Below, piece after piece: positions 39,445 through 44,762 of a stretch of DNA of 44,762 nt. The notes under the pieces are model-generated. The model had not been told where the DNA came from, made no database searches, and worked only from the letters and a program-made list of their open reading frames with translations. The DNA lies in assembly GCA_023247195.1 (NCBI GenBank), contig JAHFGY010000005.1, positions 1-44,762 of the forward strand, read 5' to 3'. A program made the translations under genes and the position numbers. Every line of letters begins with the position of its first letter. Positions within the stretch are counted from its first letter, which is position 1. Source of the DNA: Candidatus Omnitrophota bacterium (GTDB taxonomy: Bacteria; Omnitrophota; Gorgyraeia; Aquiviventales; Aquiviventaceae).

Positions 39445-39500
39445 TAAATCGAGCTCCAGGTCTTGGCGGCATCAGCCGCCGGATGGTAAGCTTGTAAAGC

Positions 39501-39532
39501 ACGGCGGTCCGAAAGGACCGCCGTTGCTTTTT
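39501..39532 (+). terminator. Intrinsic terminator
   Basis: ACGGCGGTCC-GAAA-GGACCGCCGT forms a perfect 10-bp stem with a GNRA loop, followed by TGCTTTTT. Confidence 0.8.
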
Positions 39533-39545
39533 GAAAAGGAGCCGA

Positions 39546-40262
39546 ATGCCGCGACAAGTGAAAAAAGCAAAGAATAATCAGACAGGTTTCCTGAGCTTGA
39601 TCTCGCACAAGCTGCATACGCCGCTTGCGGTCGTCCATTTGAAGGCTTCCATGCTGCTGGACGAAACGGACGGCGATCTGAACGAAAAGCAGCGGCGATC
39701 GCTGCAGGAAATCATGCGATACGCGCAGGAGCTGCGCTGGTCGATCGAGAAATTGCTCGTTTTCTCGGACATGGACCGCGTAGGGCCTTCAGCAGCGCCG
39801 CGTCCGGTGGATCTATCGAGCTATGTGCCATGGGGGGTGGAGCGCATCGTAAGGGAAGTGGGGAGCAGCCGCGTGCGGCTCGCGATCGGGAAAGTGATGC
39901 CCGGAATCAAACTGCGGATGAACGAAGTCTATATCGACTTAATTCTGCGGAACCTGATCGAGAATGCCGTGAAGTTTTGCGACAAGCCGGAAGTCCTAAT
40001 CGCGGTCGCACTGGAAAAACGGGGCGGAGATGCGCTACTGAGCATCGCAGACAATGGCCCGGGTGTTACCCCGGCGCAGCGGAAGAGGATATTCGAGCCG
40101 TTTTACCAAATCGAGGCCAACGCGAGCGGGCAGGTGCAAGGCATCGGGCTTGGCCTGGCGCTCGTGAAGCGGTTGGCTCAAGCGCACGGCGGCCGGGTTG
40201 AACTTCAGTCCAAACGCGGCAAAGGCACGACGATCTTGGTCAGACTCCCAGCGCTACCGTGA
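39546..40262 (+). CDS. Histidine kinase core (DHp + HATPase_c) without recognisable sensor domain
   Basis: ATG at 39546 (the ORF-track TTG at 39531 lies inside the terminator tail). H-box is FLSLISHKLHTPL, N-box is LIENAVKF, and G-boxes are DNGPGV and GIGLGLALV. Confidence 0.85.
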   Translation: MPRQVKKAKNNQTGFLSLISHKLHTPLAVVHLKASMLLDETDGDLNEKQRRSLQEIMRYAQELRWSIEKLLVFSDMDRVGPSAAPRPVDLSSYVPWGVERIVREVGSSRVRLAIGKVMPGIKLRMNEVYIDLILRNLIENAVKFCDKPEVLIAVALEKRGGDALLSIADNGPGVTPAQRKRIFEPFYQIEANASGQVQGIGLGLALVKRLAQAHGGRVELQSKRGKGTTILVRLPALP

Positions 40263-42993
40263 TCAAGTGCGTGCCCGCCTTGGGCAGAGCCGACAACGCC
40301 GATCGCGCCACGGTAACGCCTCCTTCCGGACGCTCAGTGAATGCGAGCGCATGGCCGCGCGAGCGGATGGCTTTCACGCGGTAACGGCCCGCGTCCACAT
40401 TCGACGGATTCTCAATCCGGACCTCAAGCGACCTTCCCGCGAACTGGAAGTGCGCCGTCAGACTTTTTTGCTTGCCGAAATCATCGCGCGTCAACTGCGG
40501 ATCGACCACCCAGTTTCCTTTTTCTCCGCGCAAGCCGCAGACCTGGGTCAAGACAAGGTAGATGAGCCACGACGCGGAACCCGTGAGGTAGCTGTACATG
40601 CCCCGGTTGTCCGCGTTGAAGTATTCAGGCAAGCAAGGGAAGATGCCGGCAACGGATGAATCGTTGGCCATCCGGTACAGCGCTTGCCAAACGCGGCGGC
40701 CATCGTGCGGGCGGCGCCGAAGGTACAAGGCGTACGCGTACATCACGGCCATGTGGCTGAACACCGCGCCGTTTTCTTTTTCGCCGTAGGCGAACGAGAA
40801 GGCGCGGCCAAGGTCAGGCTGGATGGAACCGAAGTCGGTGTTGAGGCGAATACCGCCGGTGCCCGAGTCGCGCAAGTGCGCGTTCACGCACCGGACCACG
40901 GCGTCTACCTGAGGTTCGGTCGCAATGCCGCTCATGATGGGAAAAACCTGGCCCGTGAGCGTCATGCGCATGCGGCCGGCTCGCATGCCTTCGACCCGCC
41001 TGCCGCGGTTGTCATAGTAGCCGTTGAAAAAGCCGCGCTTTCCGTCGGTCAGCCATTCGTGCCGGCGGATCTCGCCCGTGATCGCGTCCGCTTTGGCGCG
41101 CAGGTCTTTTGCCAGCGCGTCGAGCTTCACCAGGTGCTGCTTGCCGGAAATATCCCGCGCGACCTCTTCAAGGTAACGCCGTAACGCGGCGCGTTTTGCC
41201 GATGGCGAACGATAAGCGATGCGCCGGGCTCCCGGGAGGCGATCGAGTAAAATCAGGAGCTCTTCCGCGAGGAGAATGGAGTCCATGCCTTCTTCGCGCA
41301 ACCGATCAAGCCAATGGGCCAGGCGGCGGAAATTCCAGGCATAGAACGCGCTGAACGCCACGGATTCGCCGCGCTGGGCGGCCATGTCCAACCCGTCGTT
41401 CCAGTCCGCGCCTTCGAGCAAGCACTGGTTGTGCTCGCCGACGTTAAAGAACGCGGTGACATGCTGGACGATCATGTGCTCTAACAGCGTCCCGCGGTAC
41501 ACGCGGCCGGAGCGCATGCGCAACGCATTCCCATAAGCGGGCGTCCACTTCGCATCCTGCTCGCGGCAGCGGAAAATCTGCGGATCTCGGAAATACTCGC
41601 GCTCTTCCAAGAGAAATCGGGTGTCGCCGGTTTGGTCAACGTAAAGCAGCGTTGTCAGAGCGGGCCACGCGCCGTGATCCATCCAGGTGCGCGGAATGCT
41701 GTTGCGGTCCGCGATGAAGCTGCCGTCTTTGCCGATAATGGTGGCGTTCGAGCCATCGATGCGGATGCCGCCAAAATTGTGAAGCAGTATGCCGCGCACA
41801 GATGCCGGGTCGGACAATAGAAGCGCGAGGCAGTCTTGCCACAGGTCGCGCCAGCCGCGCCCGCCGCGGCCGTAGTCGAACTGCGGCAGGTAGGAGTTTC
41901 CATAGAGCCGGCGAAGCATGGGTTGAATGCTGACCCAAGTGAGCCAGCTGTCGAGGTTGCGGTCATCGGAGACAAACGCCACCGGCCGAACGTCGGCCAG
42001 CCAATACCGCTTGGTTTTTTCCAATGAACGGCCGGCAAGTTCAGGCCGGGAAAAGATGCGGGCCCATCGCCGGATCCGCTGGTTTTGCTCGGTCGCGCCG
42101 CTTACGATCAGAAAATCGGCCGAGCGGCCCGGAGCCAGGCTGCATGGCTTGAAGCGAAAAGCCCCGATGGCTTCAAGCCCCGGATCGGATCTAAAGGGGC
42201 GGTGGGGAGTCGTTTCTCGCTTCCACACTGCGTCCGGAGCGGCAAACGTGCCGCTGCCTAAGAAGTCTTCCTCAACCGACCAGACCGCGGCCGGCGGCGC
42301 GCCTTGGGGGCCGAAGCCCAGCACAGCGTATCGCATCGCGTTCAGCCGATGCCCGCGCTCGTCAAAGGACATCGTGGGTTTGACTTGCAGGCCATGTTTC
42401 AGCAATTCAAGCCGATGCAGCAAGACCGTGACGTGGCGGTGGTCCCGGACATTGTCGGCTGAGCGCGCGTAAAGAGGCACAGCGGCGTAGGGCATGAAAC
42501 GAACCGGTGACGCGCCGGTGTTCGTGACCGTGACGCGCATGAGCTCGACCGGCTCGGCCAGATCCGATGGACACCACAGAACCGCGGTTGCTTCAAGTCC
42601 GCGAGCGGGCGACCGTCGGGTAAGGGAGAACCAACCGGGTCCGCCGGTGATTCGGCGGGATGCGAGCGCGCGCGGGTCAAAACCCGCGAGGCTGAACGGC
42701 TCGCCCGAGGAAAAAACCATCCAAAAATCCCGGTGAACAAGGCTGTGGGCCAGGTCTTCTGCCGTGAGCGGGGGCGAGAGGTAGTGATGATGGCCGATCG
42801 CCGGGCTTCCTTGCAGGAGCGGCGATGTCCACGAGAGCATTCCGCCCTCGTTCGCCAACGGAAAATATAACCGGCCGACGTGCCCGGCGCCTTGTGCGAC
42901 AAAAGTGCCGTCCGCGGGCCGGCCGTCGGTTTTATTCTGAAAACGCCACCACCCGTGGCTGGGATCAGTAGGCATTGGGCCCAATTCTAGCAT
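40240..42993 (-). CDS. GH94-like glycoside phosphorylase (cellobiose/chitobiose phosphorylase family)
   Basis: About 917 aa from the ATG at 42993 (alternatives at 42975 or 43080). Contains the GADWNDGLDM catalytic-Asp context typical of GH94. The 3' end overlaps the kinase gene convergently. Confidence 0.75.
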   Translation of the reverse strand: MLELGPMPTDPSHGWWRFQNKTDGRPADGTFVAQGAGHVGRLYFPLANEGGMLSWTSPLLQGSPAIGHHHYLSPPLTAEDLAHSLVHRDFWMVFSSGEPFSLAGFDPRALASRRITGGPGWFSLTRRSPARGLEATAVLWCPSDLAEPVELMRVTVTNTGASPVRFMPYAAVPLYARSADNVRDHRHVTVLLHRLELLKHGLQVKPTMSFDERGHRLNAMRYAVLGFGPQGAPPAAVWSVEEDFLGSGTFAAPDAVWKRETTPHRPFRSDPGLEAIGAFRFKPCSLAPGRSADFLIVSGATEQNQRIRRWARIFSRPELAGRSLEKTKRYWLADVRPVAFVSDDRNLDSWLTWVSIQPMLRRLYGNSYLPQFDYGRGGRGWRDLWQDCLALLLSDPASVRGILLHNFGGIRIDGSNATIIGKDGSFIADRNSIPRTWMDHGAWPALTTLLYVDQTGDTRFLLEEREYFRDPQIFRCREQDAKWTPAYGNALRMRSGRVYRGTLLEHMIVQHVTAFFNVGEHNQCLLEGADWNDGLDMAAQRGESVAFSAFYAWNFRRLAHWLDRLREEGMDSILLAEELLILLDRLPGARRIAYRSPSAKRAALRRYLEEVARDISGKQHLVKLDALAKDLRAKADAITGEIRRHEWLTDGKRGFFNGYYDNRGRRVEGMRAGRMRMTLTGQVFPIMSGIATEPQVDAVVRCVNAHLRDSGTGGIRLNTDFGSIQPDLGRAFSFAYGEKENGAVFSHMAVMYAYALYLRRRPHDGRRVWQALYRMANDSSVAGIFPCLPEYFNADNRGMYSYLTGSASWLIYLVLTQVCGLRGEKGNWVVDPQLTRDDFGKQKSLTAHFQFAGRSLEVRIENPSNVDAGRYRVKAIRSRGHALAFTERPEGGVTVARSALSALPKAGTHLITVALGV

Positions 42994-43060
42994 ACGCGGA
43001 CAAATATTCGCAGAAGTCTGCGCTCTGGTAGAATGGCGCAATAACAAAGGAGAATCGGCA

Positions 43061-43855
43061 ATGCCTGCGAACCGCTTCATCCATTCCGTGCTCGTTGTCA
43101 GTTGTCTCCTCTGGGGAGTACCCCTCGCATCCGCCGCGCCGCATAGCCAGACCGTTGAGTACCGAGATGGGGACGCGGTGCTGGAGGGCTACCTTGCTTA
43201 CGACGATTCGATCCAAACCCCGCGGCCCGGCATCTTGGTTGTGCATGAATGGAAAGGCCTGAATGACTACGCCAAACGGCGGGCAGATCAGCTGGGGGAG
43301 CTGGGGTACGTGGCATTCGCGGCCGACATGTACGGCAAGGGCGTGTACGCAAAGGATCACGATGAAGCGGCGAAACTCTCGGGCATCTACCGGAACGACC
43401 GGGCGCTCATGCGGGCCCGGGTAACCGCGGCGCTCGATGAGCTCAAATCGCTCCCACAAGCGGATCCCAAACGCCTCGCGGCTATCGGCTATTGTTTCGG
43501 CGGCATGAGCGTGTTGGAACTGGCGCGCAGCGGGGCGGATGTGCGCGGAGTGGTGAGCTTTCATGGAGGGTTATCCACGCCGAACCCGGAAGATGCGAAG
43601 CAAATCAAAGGACGTATCTTGGCGTTGCATGGCGCGGATGACAGGTTCGTAAAGCCGGAAGAAGTCGCGGCTTTCGAAAAGGAAATGAAAGACGCCGGCG
43701 TCGCCTATAAGTTGATTAAATACCCGGGCGCGGTGCACGCATTCACCGTGGCGGAAGCCGGGAACGACCCTTCCACAGGCATGGCTTACAACGCGGATGC
43801 GGATCAGGCATCGTGGGCTGAGCTTGTAAAATTCCTGGCGGAGGAGCTCAAATAG
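43061..43855 (+). CDS. Dienelactone hydrolase family protein (secreted)
   Basis: 264 aa with a signal peptide. Contains PGILVVHEWKGLNDY, the nucleophile elbow IGYCFGG, and GAVHAF. Confidence 0.88.
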   Translation: MPANRFIHSVLVVSCLLWGVPLASAAPHSQTVEYRDGDAVLEGYLAYDDSIQTPRPGILVVHEWKGLNDYAKRRADQLGELGYVAFAADMYGKGVYAKDHDEAAKLSGIYRNDRALMRARVTAALDELKSLPQADPKRLAAIGYCFGGMSVLELARSGADVRGVVSFHGGLSTPNPEDAKQIKGRILALHGADDRFVKPEEVAAFEKEMKDAGVAYKLIKYPGAVHAFTVAEAGNDPSTGMAYNADADQASWAELVKFLAEELK

Positions 43856-43858
43856 CCC

Positions 43859-44593
43859 ATGCGCCGGCTGATACTGGCACTGGTTTTACTCGGATTCGGT
43901 TTCCCGGCGTCCGGAGCGCGGGCGGACACCATCCGCCTCAAGAACGGCAACCGGTTCAAAGGCACTGTTATGCAGCAGGCCGAGGATCACGTGATCATTG
44001 AGATACCCGACATGGGCAAGATGCGATTCGAGGCGAACGAAATCGCTTCGGTCAAGGTAGATAATCCTCCTCCGCCCGCTCCCGCCCCCACGCTTGAGAC
44101 CACGCTAGGCGCTCCAACGTCGTCCTCAGAGCCATTGGCAGAAGAATACAAGGACTCCACCCAGAATACGGACCCGGTTTTTGAAGACACGCCAAGCGCA
44201 GGAAATACCCTGCGCGAATGCGACAGCCGATCGGTTGCCGGTATTTTTGTGAACTTGGTCGGAGAGGAAGGCTTATATAGCGCGCAGGTTTCGTTCAAGG
44301 ATAAAAAGTATCAAACGTGCGCTACGCGAGGCGTTCTGCTCATCAGCCGGGAGACTACCGAATATAAGAAGGACTTTAAGCAAGAGTGCGTCACTTGTTT
44401 TGCCGAGCAAGTCGATGTGCCGGTGACAAAAATGGAATCCGTTCGATCCATCAACTTCAAGCCCGCGGATTTTGAAACCAAAGAAACCGGCAACCCTTAC
44501 CTTCTTGTTAATTTCCGTTCGGGCCAGATCGAGGAGGAAGATTTTCTGCGTTTTCAATACCGGTCGTTTGAAGTGCGCAAGAAAGTTCCCTAG
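43859..44593 (+). CDS. Hypothetical secreted protein
   Basis: 244 aa with a signal peptide and a Pro-rich linker (NPPPPAPAPT). I recognise no family. Confidence 0.6.
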   Translation: MRRLILALVLLGFGFPASGARADTIRLKNGNRFKGTVMQQAEDHVIIEIPDMGKMRFEANEIASVKVDNPPPPAPAPTLETTLGAPTSSSEPLAEEYKDSTQNTDPVFEDTPSAGNTLRECDSRSVAGIFVNLVGEEGLYSAQVSFKDKKYQTCATRGVLLISRETTEYKKDFKQECVTCFAEQVDVPVTKMESVRSINFKPADFETKETGNPYLLVNFRSGQIEEEDFLRFQYRSFEVRKKVP

Positions 44594-44604
44594 CTGCAAC
44601 GATA

Positions 44605-44762
44605 ATGTCGAAGGCCAAATTGAATCACGGCGTTCGGATCGTATCCGCCGCTCTTTACGCGGTTGCAGCCGGGTGTTTGCGCGTCAGCTTGCCGCAAGCG
44701 AATCTCATGCCAGCCGCGCCCGCGCATGAATTGGCTTGGCAAGAAGCGGTCGCGCTTGCGCT
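44605..44762 (+). CDS. Hypothetical lipoprotein, N-terminal fragment (runs off window)
   Basis: The ATG at 44605 gives MSKAKLNHGVRIVSAALYAVAAGC..., which is lipobox-like. Too short to classify. Confidence 0.3.
   Translation, partial: MSKAKLNHGVRIVSAALYAVAAGCLRVSLPQANLMPAAPAHELAWQEAVALA

Overview
GC-rich bacterial chromosomal window; I cannot assign a lineage from sequence alone. It has four blocks. (1) 1-15580: end of tuf, then a complete, tightly packed S10-spc-alpha ribosomal protein superoperon (rpsJ to rplQ, including secY, adk, map, infA and rpmJ). There is no L30 gene, and several r-proteins carry charged low-complexity extensions. (2) 15573-22857: housekeeping and envelope genes, namely two class I aminotransferases, an isocitrate-dehydrogenase-family enzyme, lipA, and a GT28 / LpxL-like acyltransferase / GT2 trio. 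(3) 22858-36044: the interesting part, a compact type IV filament (T4P/T2SS-like) locus in two co-directional operons. Each operon is preceded by a GEMM-I (c-di-GMP-I) riboswitch-like aptamer joined to an intrinsic terminator. Operon 1 encodes a natural PilM-PilN fusion, PilO, a PilP-like protein, a short secretin, a PilB/GspE ATPase whose N-terminus carries both MshEN c-di-GMP-binding motifs, and PilC/GspF. Operon 2 encodes two pilins, three translationally coupled secreted tail-fibre-like paralogs, and three minor pilins. Each fibre paralog ends in a phage-type intramolecular-chaperone (Peptidase_S74-like) domain. No PilT, PilD, PilY1 or phage genes are present in the window. A 14-bp inverted repeat flanks an AT-rich promoter-like segment between riboswitch 1 and the first gene, and its 3' arm covers the Shine-Dalgarno sequence. 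(4) 36010-44762: a convergent 929-aa lipoprotein, a DUF3332-like lipoprotein, a sensor-less histidine kinase, a GH94-like phosphorylase, a dienelactone hydrolase and hypothetical proteins. I found no rRNA, tRNA, CRISPR array or transposase. All calls rest on reading the ORF-track proteins and the DNA by eye; no searches were run.
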